A DNA stretch of 64,000 nt from Lama guanicoe (Eukaryota), in contig MU054187.1 of the NCBI GenBank assembly GCA_013239625.1, positions 8,218,358 to 8,282,357 of the forward strand, in the 5' to 3' direction. The translations under genes and the position numbers were made by a program. This document shows, one piece after another, positions 25,055-37,279 of this stretch; positions within the stretch are counted from its first letter, which is position 1, and each line of letters opens with the position of its first letter. The notes beneath the pieces are model-generated. The model made no database searches. It was not told the DNA's origin and worked only from the letters and a program-made list of their open reading frames with translations.

Positions 25055-25770
25055 GCAACTGCACACCCAGTGGGATGACTATTATCAAAAAAGCCACATA
25101 ATTCAAGTGTTGGTGAAGATTGGGAGAAATTGGAACACTTATACACTGCTGGTGGGAATTAAAATGGTGCAGACACTTTGGGAAATGATTAAACATAGAG
25201 TTACCACATGAGCCAGCAATTTCACTCCAAAGTGTACACTCAAGAGAATTAAAAACATATGTCTACACAAAAATTTGTACATGAATGTTTATGGTAGAAC
25301 TATTCATAATAGTCAAAAGGTAGAAACAACCCAAATGTCCATCCATGGATGAATGGATGAACAAAATACGCTATAGCCACACAATGGAATATTATTCAGC
25401 CAACAAAAGGAACTGCTGATGCATGCTATTGTTTAGATGAACTTTGAAAACATTATACTGAAGTGAAAGAAGCCACTCACAAAGTCCACATATTTTTGAT
25501 CCCATTCATATGAAAGTCTAGAACGGGGGAATCAGCAGGGGCAGAAAGTAGATTAGTGGTTGCTTGGGACTAAGAGTGGGGACAGGGTTGAAGAGATTGG
25601 AAGGGTTGATAGCTAAAAGATATAAGTTTCTTCTTAACATGACAAAAATGTTCTAAAATTAATTGTGATGGTCGCACAAACCTATGAAGATATTAAGAAC
25701 GTGTGAAACTGTACACTTTAAATGGGTGAATTGTGTGGCACGTGAATTACATCTCAGTACAACTGTTTCT
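25055..25770 (+). mobile_element. L1MB-like LINE-1 3' fragment
   Basis: 'agtgttggtgaagattgggagaaattggaacacttatacactgctggtgggaat...aaacaacccaaatgtccatc...gtacactttaaatgggtgaattgtgtggcacgtgaattacatctca'. Confidence 0.9.
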
Positions 25771-26309
25771 CAGAAAGGCAGAGTCAAGGAAGTGCTGTAA
25801 AGGATGTTAACGGCCACGATAAAACACAGAGTTCACCAAGGACAGCAAGGAAGGAATTCAATCTGGGGATCAGGAAAGGCTTTACAGACAAGTGATGATG
25901 GAGCCACGACTTGAAATCTGAGTGGGTGCTTATTATTCCCACATATGCTAAGAATACTGTTGCGGTTCCTTCGTGGTGCTGCTGCCGCAGTGATGGGTTA
26001 AGAACTGCATCTGATCACGCCAGAGAGGGGTGCGCAGGGCTTTCCTAGACAGCTTACGCTCTGCCTCTTTCTGTGGGTAGAGGGTGCGTGAGTGCTATGT
26101 TTCTGTATATAATGATTATACCTTCTTTGGAATAGATGGCACATTGCAAAATGAAAAAAAAAATCTCATTATATTACTATCTGCCTAAAATCACTCAATA
26201 GTTCCACGTTACCCACGTGTGGAGATTCACGTGCTCGCTACCACCTGGCTTGTTCGGCACTGCGTTCTCTCTCGGCTTCCTGCACGTGCCTGCATGGGAC
26301 AGGCCAGAC

Positions 26310-26770
26310 TTTCAGGCTGTCTCGGAGCCGGGGGCTATGGCGGGGGTGCAGGCAGTTTCTCTGGGAGGTGATCCCAGGAGGCAAGTGTGCGGAGGGGCCC
26401 GCTAGGAGGGGAAGCCCACAGAAGGAAGCTGCTTCGTGAAGGTTGCCGCTGTAGGCGATGGGGACTTAGTTCCACCACCATCTCTAAAACATATAGAAAG
26501 GCCCCCAGAGTTGTCTGCCTGAAGGACATGAAGCCGCAGCATGCCTACCCCGCCCCCCCACGGCACGAGCTTAAGGACAGGCCAAACGGACTCCCAGAGG
26601 GTCTGCAAAGGCCCTGCGTCAGGAAACAGAGAAGGAGGACGCGGAGGCCGCCAGCTTTGGCTGAGTCTGAGCTTTCCCAGTTTCCCAGCCCAGTTTCGGC
26701 AGAAGCTAGAAGTGCCCGGCAGAAATGCCCACGGGCCACCACAGGCTCCTGCCACGTACTTGGTTCATCA
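26310..26770. mobile_element. LTR33-like ERVL solo LTR
   Basis: 'tgcaggcagtttctctgggaggtgatcccaggaggca' is an LTR33 signature. Confidence 0.55.
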
Positions 26771-27168
26771 CTGAATGCACTTCCCCACTTTCTCCACACA
26801 TACATTTTGCTCCAACTGTAGCTATTTGCACTCCCCTGGAAATGAAAACACTATACTTTTCCCCCACTCATATCTCTGTTTTTACAGATTCTAATTTGGG
26901 GATGCCGTTATTTTTTCATCTTCCTGTTTAATTCCCTACTCACACAAAGGGCCTTGTTAAAACGTCCCATTACCTGAGATGCCTTCCCGCTTGGCAGCCT
27001 GTGCTAGTGCCCATCTCCATAACAGAACTGCCATATTGCGCCCTAATTATTTGTATGTCTCTCCCCGTTAGGCCAGCATGGGACCTGGAAGACGGTAAGG
27101 GCCCAGCCAATGCTAAAAGAAGCGCTGCGTGAATTCCATGACCGTTTAATATTTCCAGACAAGTGAAG

Positions 27169-28505
27169 CAGTACTTCTCAAACTCTTTGTTCTCAAGACC
27201 CATCTACCTTCTTAAAAATTACTGAGGACCCCCAAGAGTCTTCATTTATGTTAATTGGGTTTATCAAAATCTAGAAGCTGGAAAAAATCAAAAGAGGAAT
27301 ACATTAAAAATATGTCATAAAACATTACACAGCGTAGTCACAGATTGAGGTAAATAACATATTCTTATGAAAAACAGCTATATGGGGTGACAACTCTGGC
27401 ATTTTTCTGTATTTTTGTAAAGGTCTGGCTTCACAGAAGACAGCTGGACTCTCATACCTGCTTTAGCACATCAATTGGCTGTGCTGTCGTTTGGGTTGAA
27501 GGATATGAAGAAAATTCAGCCTCACACAGACGTATGGTTGGAAGAGGAAGGTGTATTTTTTTTTTTTAATTTGGGGGGTAATTCGATTTATTTATTTATT
27601 TATTTTTATTTTAACGGAGGCACTGGGGATTGAACCCGGGACCTCATGCATGCTGAGCACGTGCTCTACCACTGACCTATACTCTCCCCCGAGGAAGGTG
27701 TATTTTAATAGCGGTTTTTAGGTAATTTGAATATCCTTTGAAACTGTACCAAAATTCATTGAAAGGTAGTTTCTAACAGGTTGGTGGCGATGTGGGATCA
27801 GAAACCACTTTTAACAACATGCTTTGGTTATTTGGAAAGTATTGCTTCACTGAGTTGTGCAAATTTTCCAAATGTTCACAGATTTTACCATACAATATTA
27901 GAAAGTCACAGTTGTTAATATCACTACCTATCTCATCAGAATATTCTGTGCATACTGGGAAGTCATCACATCCATAGTGGTGAATTCAAGTCTTCAAAAA
28001 TTCTAATTTTTATTTGACAGTTCAAATTTTGCTACTGGCAATGAATACTATGAGTTGTTACCCTTCAAGTAATAGGTTTTATTTCGTTCAGTTTTGTAAG
28101 AAATTGTCCCCAGTGTCCCAGTCTGCATAACCATCGTTTGTCAGTTATTCTTTGAAGTAAAAAATGGTGTTCCATGTACTCAAAAGTCTAGATTTAATAA
28201 ATGAACACTTTCTACTGCTTTTTTAGGGTATTTTTAAGTGAAACTGACATGTTCTTTTCTTTTTTTTTACTGTCAGTGTGTGGTGTTGAAGAACACAATG
28301 GCAAATAAAAAGTACATTGGCTATCACGGTGTTGATTCACCCTGTTCTGCCCACTACTGTTTTTGCACCATTAGTGCAAATGTCAACCCAGTACAAAAAG
28401 GTCCCATAATATCCTGGCATTATTATGACAGTTGTTTTGGCCTCAGGGAACCCTAGAGTTTCAGGGGCCTCCAGAGATGCACAAACCATGCTTTGGGAAC
28501 TGCTG
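27169..28505. mobile_element. Charlie1(a)-like hAT DNA transposon, interrupted by a SINE
   Basis: Starts 'cagtacttctcaaactctttgttctcaagaccc...cttaaaaattactgaggacccc' and ends 'ctttgggaactgctg', giving degenerate terminal inverted repeats (TIRs). Confidence 0.8.
27560..27690 (-). mobile_element. Vic-1-type tRNA-derived SINE (camelid)
   Basis: Reverse complement 'ggggagagtataggtcagtggtagagcacgtgctcagcatgcatgaggtcccgggttcaatcccc', then (AAAT)n and an A tail. Perfect 16-bp TSD gaggaaggtgtatttt at 27544-27559 and 27691-27706. Confidence 0.9.
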
Positions 28506-29394
28506 AAACAGGGTTCCAGTGTGCCATCAGTTATTATCCTTGAAAAGAATTTCAAGAGTTCATTAAATGAGACACATTCAAATAGGATCAAAAGCGTGAT
28601 CTAAGGCCACGGAATTACTTGGTCCATCCCGGCAGCGCCCGTTCGTCAGTTCTGGCCCATTCTGCTGCACCCCAGGCCCGTCAGTGCGGAGCTCTGCTTA
28701 TTACCTGCGGGGCACAGTGTCCAACAAGAGGGACCCAAAACAGCGAATGAAAACAATCAAGAAAGAGGAGCAGAAGCTCTCTGGTCTTAGGAAGCACACA
28801 GCTTCAGTGTCAGTGGGCTGAAGAACCACCAGCTGGCAGGCAAGTTCTTGAGCGGCTGGGCCCCTTGTAGACGGCCGCAGGGGACTTTGGGCACACCCCG
28901 ATGTGGGCTCTGGCCCATTTCCAGGGACCAGATTGAAACGCAGGCAGCAGGAATGAGAATAATGTCTCCAGGGGAGCATCAGGGCAAAGGCCAGACTGGA
29001 CGTTTCTCCTTCTAATGCTCTCATCGGCGTGTTCTGTGCTTTCAGGAAGAAAGGTCATTCCTCTTAGCAAGGACAGAGAGAGAGGAAAATACTTGATAAG
29101 CGATTCAAAGGAAGAACACCCAAGGACTGCAGCTGACCGGAGCCTGGGCTGATCTTCAAGACTGAGTAGGTCATACGCTTGGGAAAGCCATCTGCTGTGT
29201 GCCCTAATTTTCCTTCTGACTCATCTCTTACTGGACCATGACTGAAAAAGCTCTGTCACTCAGACGAGCACTAATAACACTCAGACCTGACATTTGAATG
29301 GCACACCACAGTTTACAAATATTACCCTAACATTTGTTTATCACCTAAGCTGCACTAGGCATATGAGGCATATGTTTATCTATCCATTTTGTGA

Positions 29395-29615
29395 TAGTAA
29401 TATTTAAACGTATCGAGCATTTACTAGCTTAGGTGTTATGCTAAGAACTATATCTATATATGCACATAATCTTGTTTAAGTATGCCCAACAACTTTACAG
29501 GTAGGGCTATTTGTATTTCTCTTTAATGATGAGAAATCTGGCCTCAGGAAATGTAAGTCACTTGCTCAGCGTGATGCGATTAGAAAAGGGTCTCTCTGAT
29601 TGAAGCTGAGGCTCT
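29395..29615 (-). mobile_element. MIR SINE
   Basis: 'gagcatttacta...aacaactttacaggtagg...gatgagaaatctggcctcagg...aagtcacttgctcag'. Confidence 0.7.
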
Positions 29616-30699
29616 TTGCCGAGACTTTTCTAGGTAGCATGTACCCCCACAAAGAGCTATTACATTTGAAGTGTGCAAGCCTTTGGGAGAAAAGAACATA
29701 TATATTGAGCCAAGAGGGAAAAATAAAATAAAATAATAATAGAAGCAAAGGCATTGTTGTGTTCAGCAGCAATCTCATTCTGGTGGTTACTGTCCAAAAC
29801 ACTGGAAGGAGAAAAGCGTGTCCCCGCGTATCAGGCTCTGTGACAAACGAGGTGCCTGGGAGGGGCGCTGGTTGCCAGATCTCACGGCTGACATGCAAAT
29901 GCTGCTACTGAGAGCTAAGTGGTGTCCAGACAGAGGAATTTAGGTTCCAGGGTAAAGCCAGGGTTTGTCATGCACTCCTTGCTGGCTCCAAACGAATGAT
30001 GACAAGCTTACTTGATGCTCCTGGCGTAGCCATGGACCTTGGGTGACTGCAGTCACTCACAAACCTTCCCTAGCAGGTTATCAGAGTCCCTGACAAGGGC
30101 ATGGTCAGGTTTTTCAGACCCCAAGAGAATCACTTCACTCGGTGGAGCACGAGTGCTGGACTGTCCAGTTGTCTCCGTTACTCACGGGGCTGCACTCATG
30201 AGCCGGGCGTCAGGTTTCAATGCCTGTAGGGACCAGTTGGCTTTACGCAGGGAAAAGTCTGTGCTGCTGACTTCACGCTTCCATAATCAGAGCCTTTCCT
30301 GCAGGACAGCAGACAGGCAGGCCTCGCAGGGCACTAAGAAATAAATTATGAAAATACTCTGTTCATTTACTGAATATTAATTTGTTCAATAAATGACTAA
30401 CATACTGTTTCCTCCTAAGGATCTTTACAGCCATGATCTCTGTTCCTGATGAGAAGAGAGAAAAGCCTCAGAATTAAAAAGTGTCACTTTCTTCTTAGAC
30501 CCTCAGACAGATGGAAGGTAGAACAGGACCCATTTTGATGGAGTTAGTAATCAAAGGGTCAAAAAACTAAGATTTCTGACTCAGACTTCATATATTTTCC
30601 CTTGAGGATTTCTTGTCTTGGTTTAGATGTGCTACGCGGAGATAAATTCTTGGAAATGACAGGGAAGTGCTTGATAGCAATTCAAATGAAGGATAATGT

Positions 30700-30850
30700 C
30701 GGGTTTGGGCAAACAAATTCAATTAAGCTCACGATGTTGATGTCCTGTAGCTACTAACACTCCCAGGCTGCATCCAAAGAAACGTAACGTCCAAATGACA
30801 GATTACAGGGGAAAAAGGTGGCCTCGTTATTCTGTCTGCTGGTCACCAAA
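30700..30850 (+). mobile_element. CR1/L3 RT-region fragment
   Basis: 'ctaacactcccaggctgcatccaaagaaacgtaacgtccaaat...ttattctgtctgctggtcac' resembles L3. Confidence 0.45.
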
Positions 30851-30859
30851 AAATGGCTG

Positions 30860-31045
30860 GAGTTTACCCTGGCTCTGCCTTTGTTAACTGCATGTGCTTA
30901 GGCGAGTTACCTGTCTTCTTTCACCTTAACTTTCATTATCTTTAAAATGAGGATACGTGATAATAGCTGAAAGGAGAGGTGTGATAATTAAATGAATAGT
31001 CCGTGGTAGGAATTTAACCTGGTGCATAGCCTACAGTAAGAGAGG
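30860..31045 (+). mobile_element. MIR SINE
   Basis: 'cctggctctgcc...ttaggcgagttacc...tttcattatctttaaaatgagga'. Confidence 0.65.
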
Positions 31046-31623
31046 CCATAGCAGCTCCTAATGCGTGTTTTGCTGCAGATTTTACCGAGGCTGCCTTGTA
31101 CATGCTGGTTCTTAATATGTGAGTTAAGGTCCTTTGCTTGCAAAGAACAAAATACAATCCTCCTCACATACATTAGATGCAGATGTTATTCAAAGTGTAC
31201 GGAGCCCTTAAAAACCTGATGGGAAAACTCCAGGGTCAGGCACGACAAAGGAGAAGTAACAGGTAGGTCTAAGTGGCAGGAACGATTTTGGCTGACGGGT
31301 CCAGACTCTTTCACCACTTTCGGTCTTGTAGTCACCTGTTCCAGATCCACATTCCAGCTGGGATCACATTTCCGGTGTAGATCCCTCAGGGGCAAAGTAA
31401 CCCCCCACCCCCCCAAAGAAATCTTATACTACGACTCAAAGAAGGCTGACTGGCTCAAAAGCCAACAACTACACAATACTTCTAATAAGATACTTCTCTT
31501 TGAATATTTAAATAAAATAAATTAGGTTTTAATTTATTGTCACTTACTGGTGTGGGGAAATTGAAGGTCCCATTTACAATATACATTTGCTGTGGATTTC
31601 AGGCACCCAAGGAGCCTGAGGAA

Positions 31624-31656
31624 TGTAATTATTATACTGTCCACTAGATGGCAGTC
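31624..31656 (+). promoter_or_regulatory. Strong CTCF-like motif with possible upstream module
   Basis: TGTCCACTAGATGGCAGTC (31638-31656), preceded by TGTAATTA (31624-31631). Confidence 0.6.
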
Positions 31657-31987
31657 ATAAGGGCTAGGCATTATTTTAAAAGATGTCAGCAGGAAAATCT
31701 CTTAAAATGTTCAGCACTTTGACATTTGGGATCTAATTAGCTTCATACCCTAGTTCTTTCATGATCTTGAAATTATTAACCCAAGAGTTCCTATGTGAGG
31801 AAACTGATCTTTAGAGAAACTCACTGACTTGCCCTATGCCCAGAGTTTAAAAGTGTATTTATTCTACGTTCTGTGCCTTTTCTACTAAATTTACTAAATT
31901 CTTTATACGGATGTTTCAAGAACTCTAAAATTTTCCAAGCTTAGAAATTTGGAGAGAACTTTAAAATCATCTGTCTAGTGACTGACA

Positions 31988-32032
31988 CTGGTTTAGTAAG
32001 ATCTGGGGCTGGTTTAGTAAGATCTGGGGCTG
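31988..32032 (+). repeat. 21-bp perfect tandem duplication
   Basis: ctggtttagtaagatctgggg x2 plus ctg. Confidence 0.95.
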
Positions 32033-33366
32033 CAAAGAAAGCACCAACACAACAGACCTTCCCGGGCCTCTCCCAGCTCCCCTCACTTCTGCTCGTCACA
32101 GCACAGGTAAACCATCTAGGCTGTACTTCTTCATTAGTGAAGAAAAAGATTTCAACTGGGTTATTTAAGTACTGGTAAATATTGTGCATTAGGGTATACA
32201 CCCCCCTCCCACCTTTAAGAAACATGTCCTTTCAATCTACACGTCTTAGCTGCATGAGCTGTATCTTTTGCTCGTCTGTAGTAGAATTTTGTGTTAATCT
32301 TTAAGAGATTTTTTTTCTCCAAAAACGGAATTTAAGAGTATTTTGTTTAATTCTAATAAGAAGATTGAGAACCTGTTAAAAAAAATCCTCCTTTTCCAAG
32401 TGAGCAAACAGCATCCCAAAGAATTTAAATAACTTATTCAAGATCTCACAGTTGATTCAGAGCCGAGGATGGACTGAACCCTGAGTCCTGCCCAGACAGG
32501 GGGTCCTTCTAACAAAACATACTTCCTTCTCACACACTCCCTTAAGAAACTTCACTAGTAAGGTAATAGCTGCAGAATTGAACCAAAGAGCCCTTAGCAA
32601 AGCTTTGTCTGCTGAACACAGGTATACCAGTTGGCTAAGAGTCCCATCCTAAGGATGACCAGGACAAACACACCCAGAGCCTGCCTGTGTGCACGAATCA
32701 CACCGGGCTTGCATTTCAGCTCTTCTGGCTCTAGGACAGCTGCCGTAATGAAGTGTGTGTGTTGTGACCTGTCTGCTAGATGTTACGCTCCCAAGTAGTG
32801 AATTAGGTAGTATATTGTATAAGACAGGCCAGATAAATAAAAGAAATATCTGTGCTGCCAAAGAGAAGCTAAAACCTGCAGCATCCGCAGAAGATCTATG
32901 GTCAGCCCAGGCGCCATCGGCAGTATTGCCACGGTTCATTATGGAGACAGCCTTGAGCTAATGGCCAGCTCAGAGGACACTGTCCACACTGACAAAGAGC
33001 CCCACTCCTGCTCCTCTCTCTCCTCGCTGCGCCCCTGTCCCCGCGCACAAACCCTGAATGTTACAACCCGTTCACCTTGCTGGGTTTTTCCATTTCCACG
33101 TACAAGGAAGCTTTTCTATGTGCCTGAGCATCATTCTCCTTTGGGTACTGGTTCTGCACTGAAAGCATTCTCTCTAAGCTCATAATGCTGCACCTTTAAC
33201 CTTTGCCAAATGTAACACCCCGCTGATCATCTGGAACATTCTTGTTCTTGTGTAGTAAAAGGCAACCTGATGCAGGAGGAAGAATTCATCAGGTAGATAA
33301 CACTGGTGTGAGGATGACCTTGGCTCCTAATCAGAGAAAGCTTTTTGTTTGATTTGGCCATTTTCG

Positions 33367-33389
33367 TGTGTGTGTGTGTGTGTGTGTGT
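33367..33389 (+). repeat. (GT)n microsatellite
   Basis: Direct observation. Confidence 0.95.
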
Positions 33390-33904
33390 TAGGTCTCCTA
33401 ACTTTTCCAAGGTTCGGTGTCTTTCTTATAAAAATTGGGTAAATAATATCTGCCCCCATGATACTGGTTGGGATAATTTGTTTGTAAGTAATAGAAACCA
33501 TCTTAAGCTAGAATGAGCAAAAATGAAGTGTTTCTTAAGGAAACAGGGTTGCATTTCAACCCCAGCAGTAAGCAAGACCTCAGGCAGGGCTGATATCAGA
33601 AACTGGAACTTAGAAGTGTTTCCTCATTCTCCATCTCTTGTCTCTGCATCTCCTTCGGTCTCCTCCACCCCGTGGCAGACCAGCCTTCTCTGCCTCTCTG
33701 TCTATACAGCAGGAGGCAGTGCAGAAGAGTGGCTGAAGGGTGACCAGTTATGTGGCCGAAGGCGTGTTGCCAAGCTCCAAGAGTTGCTTTCAACGTGGGA
33801 GAACAGGTCTACTAGCAGCTGTCTCTCTCCTTTAAAGATTAAATAAACTAATATATGTAAAGCACTTAATAGAGCAAGCATTGAATAAACATAACTTGTA
33901 TTAC

Positions 33905-34235
33905 TACTGATCCACACGCTCTTATCCTCAATTTTCAATCCAAAGAGCTCTGAAAATCAAAAGCTTTCGTTAAGTTTTTAGCAAAATTATTTGATGTCAA
34001 AACCACAACCCGAATCAAGTTGACGTAATCGAGGTCTCTACCCCAGTTAGTGGGAGTATGTACGCACTTCGCTCTGGAAGCAGTAATGTGTTTGGTTACA
34101 GTGTGCGGCTCAGAACCCACTGAGGGTACTAGGAAGTATACGGGATATGCATCTGATTTTTCTAAAATTAAAACATTCTGAATTCTGAAACAGCCCCCGT
34201 CCCAAGGGTTTTGGAGAACTGTTTGGGGGCTTGTT
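33905..34235. mobile_element. MER96B-like hAT-Tip100 element
   Basis: 'attctgaattctgaaacagcccccgtcccaagggtttt' and 'aatccaaagagctctgaaaatcaaaag'. Confidence 0.6.
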
Positions 34236-34441
34236 TTACTACTACTAAAATTTTTAAAATTATGGCCTGAATCTTCAGATGTAATGCCTATGGGATGTTA
34301 GGGTTAATATTCGAGCCTCATTAGAACAGCAAACTTTCTCACTAAATCTCTTAAAGTGATTCTAAGTGTTTCTTCCTGGCAACTTGAAAGTCATTTTATT
34401 TCTTTACCAACAGCAACAAAAATGATGCAGCTATAGCCGGG

Positions 34442-34788
34442 TGTCACCCACCGTGGGCTGCCGTCACAAACTACCACAGACTGAGTGACTTGACCAACAG
34501 AAATGTATTTTCTCACAGTTCTGGATGCTCAGAGTCTGAGATCAAGATGCCAGCATGGTCGGGTTCTGGGAGGGCGCCTCCTGGCTTGCAGAGGCGCCTT
34601 CCTGCTGTGTGCTCACATGACCTCTTTGTGTGCATGTAGTGAGAGGGTCTCTTCTTATAAGGACACTAATCCCGTCCAGAGGGACCACCTAATATCTCCC
34701 CCAAAACCCCGTCTCCAAGTACTATCATATTGTGGGTCAAGGCTTCAACATATGAATTTAGAAGGGACACAGACTTTCAGCTCATAAT
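34442..34788 (-). mobile_element. MLT1A-like MaLR solo LTR
   Basis: 'gggctgccgtcacaaactaccacagactgagtgact...ttctcacagttctgga...tcttcttataaggacactaatcc...ggcttcaacatatgaattt'. Confidence 0.85.
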
Positions 34789-36199
34789 AGCCAGTTATCC
34801 AAAGAGCTCAAAGGCAAGGTACATGGTATTTATTCATTCACTGATTCATTCATTCATTTATTCATTAAGCTTCTCATCTGAGCGCCTCCTCTGCCCACAG
34901 AGTAGTTCTTGCCCAGAGCTGCGGGAGGCAGACACGGCCACTGCTACTGCATTGCCTCCTTTTCCTAAGTGGGCAAGCACACAAAGGAAAGTAGCTGCAA
35001 AGAGTAAATGCCAGTGTGCGGTTTCCTACGGGGACTCCTCTGCTGACATTTGGACAGTGGACTCAAGTTTTTGTGTCTCTACTTCAGCAATAACGTGTGG
35101 ACCTACAGGACGACAGCTCACACGCCTGCCGTCTGACTCACCCCCGGGAATCTGGTCGCCAAGGTCAGCTCTCTGGCGAAGGGAATCACACAGAATGAAT
35201 CGTGGCCTAATTGTGTCTCTTTGCTGCAACGCCATGTCCTTGGCCTCCCCAGGGCTCTGCCCCAGAGCCTTCCCTCCACAGCCAACTCCATTTGGCAAGT
35301 GATGCCTCTGACAAAGCCGTGAGCTTGGCCCCGTTAATGCGCTCGCCTCAGGTCTGCAGCGCGCCTGCTTTTCACTCTGAGCTTCTCCAGAGCTTAATGC
35401 GCTCACGGTAGCAGATGCAGTGGAGGGAGACCTGAACTTCCCTGTCGTAAATAAATACTGCCCCTGAAGGCTCACTGTGAACTTGGACAATCCTTTTTTT
35501 CCTTTATTAGATATCAGTTTCTCTATCTAGAAAGTGAGGAGCTTGGCTAAGACAGCGATCTCAAACTTGGCAATAGGAGCAGAATCACTCGTACCAAAGA
35601 AGGCCGACACAGGCGGCCGGCGCCTTCGTGCTCCGGGAATGATTACCACTTGCTGCTCCGCAGACTCGGTCCCGCCTGCACTTCTGCACATGCCATTCTC
35701 TCTGCAAGGAATGTCCCTGCATAACATCCTTCAAGCCTAACTCAACAATCATCTGCTCTCTGAGGCCTTTCCCCAACTCTTCCTCCAAAGTGTTAATCGC
35801 TCGTTTGCTCATCAACTCATTCAGAGACCTAAATTTAGCTTTCACCACGTTGGACCAGGCACTGTGCTAGAATACGCAGCCGAACGGCAGCCCAGCCTGA
35901 CATTCTTTAAAGCCCAGCGTTTAATGTGTCTGTCAGGGTCCTGGTAAGGAACAGGTGGTCCAGTCACATGTAAAACTCAATGATAGTCTAAGGAAGGGTT
36001 GGCTCACAAAGGTGTGGAAGGGGGAGGGTGGAGACCAAGAGGGGATCTGAGGAAGGCAGAGGAAGGCGATGGAACCTGGAAGCAACAGCAGTAGCTGTAG
36101 ACGAAGGTCTTCCTCCAGCAGCTGTGGTCTTGGGGCAAGGGGGCTGGCCAGGGAGACAAGCAGGGAAATGAACGCCTGGCCCCGGGGAGACTGGGATCT

Positions 36200-36985
36200 A
36201 GAATAAGAAATATGCATTTGGTTCTTGTCCCCATTTCTGTCGCAGATCTCCTAAAGCCTTTGGAATTTTCTTAAGTAGTAAGAGCATAGAGGTGTTTTTT
36301 TGTATGTTAGTGAGTGGATTTGGATACTGCCTAAGGATGGGGCTGGTTGCCAGTGGAGCCAACCCTGTGATTAGAGAATTAGAACTTTCAGTCCACCCCC
36401 CCACCTCCCCCACTGCCTGGGAGGCGAAGGGGCTAGAAGCTGAGTTCAATCACCAGTGGCCAATGATGTCATCATTCTTGCTTAGGTAGTGACGCCTCCA
36501 TAAAAACCCAAAAGGACAGGGTTCAGAGAGCGTCTGGGTTGGTGAAGACGTGGAGATTTGAGGAGTGTAGTGCACTCTGGGGAGACGGGGAGGCGCTGCG
36601 CTCTTTCCCCAGGCCTTGCCCTCTGCATCCCTTCCCGCTGGATGTTCCTGAATTTCATCCTTCTATAATAAACTGGTAATCTCGTAAGTAAAATGTGTCT
36701 CTAAATTCTATGAGCAGCTTAATCAAACTCAGGGAGAGGTGTTGTTGGACCCTCCAATCTATAGTCCATCGGTCAGAAACACAGGCAACCGCCTTGGCTT
36801 GTGATTGGCTTCTAAAGTGTGTGTTGGGGGCGGGGGGAGCAGTTTTGTGGGTCTGAGCCCTTAACCTGTGGGATCTGACCCTTTCCCCAGGTGGACAGTG
36901 TCAGGCTGAGCTGATGGAGGACACCCAAGTGGCCTCTGAGAACTGCTTGTTGGTGGGGGGAAACCAGCACATGTTGGAATTGTGG
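36200..36985 (+). mobile_element. MER21C-like ERVL LTR
   Basis: 'tttggttcttgtccccatttc...ggatggggctggttgccag...gtgattagagaattagaactttcag...ctgagcccttaacctgtgggatctgac'. Confidence 0.85.
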
Positions 36986-37279
36986 GTCAAAAACCATTTT
37001 GCCCTAACTCTTCTCAAAACTCCAAAATCTGAGCCTCCTACTGGCCAAACCCCAGCAGAACGCAAGACAGGCATGCGGGCTGCCATCAAAGTCAGCTCCC
37101 AGAGCTCCAGAAAGTTTATTTTGCAGATGAAGAAACTGAGATACCAAGACGCTAAGCTCCTGGCCAAGGTTACCCTGCTGGAGAGCCTTAAAGGTAGACT
37201 GTGAACCCAGGCAGCCTCAGACCGGAGGCCACCATCTTATTCTTGAAGCTCTGCTCTCTCTGTAACAGAGTAAAAGTAC

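Noticed and set aside
27601..27690. tRNA-like sequence with A/B boxes (also at 38470-38545)
   Set aside because: It is followed by an (AAAT)n/A tail and flanked by TSDs, so it is a SINE head, not a tRNA gene.
29752..29900. SOX (cattgtt) plus octamer (atgcaaat) motifs
   Set aside because: They are about 135 bp apart, so not the adjacent composite SOX-OCT element. Such motifs are expected by chance.
34730..35490. Longest ORFs (190 aa on +, 154 aa on -)
   Set aside because: They begin in or overlap LTR/L2-like sequence, have no recognisable domain, and are expected by chance in GC-rich DNA.
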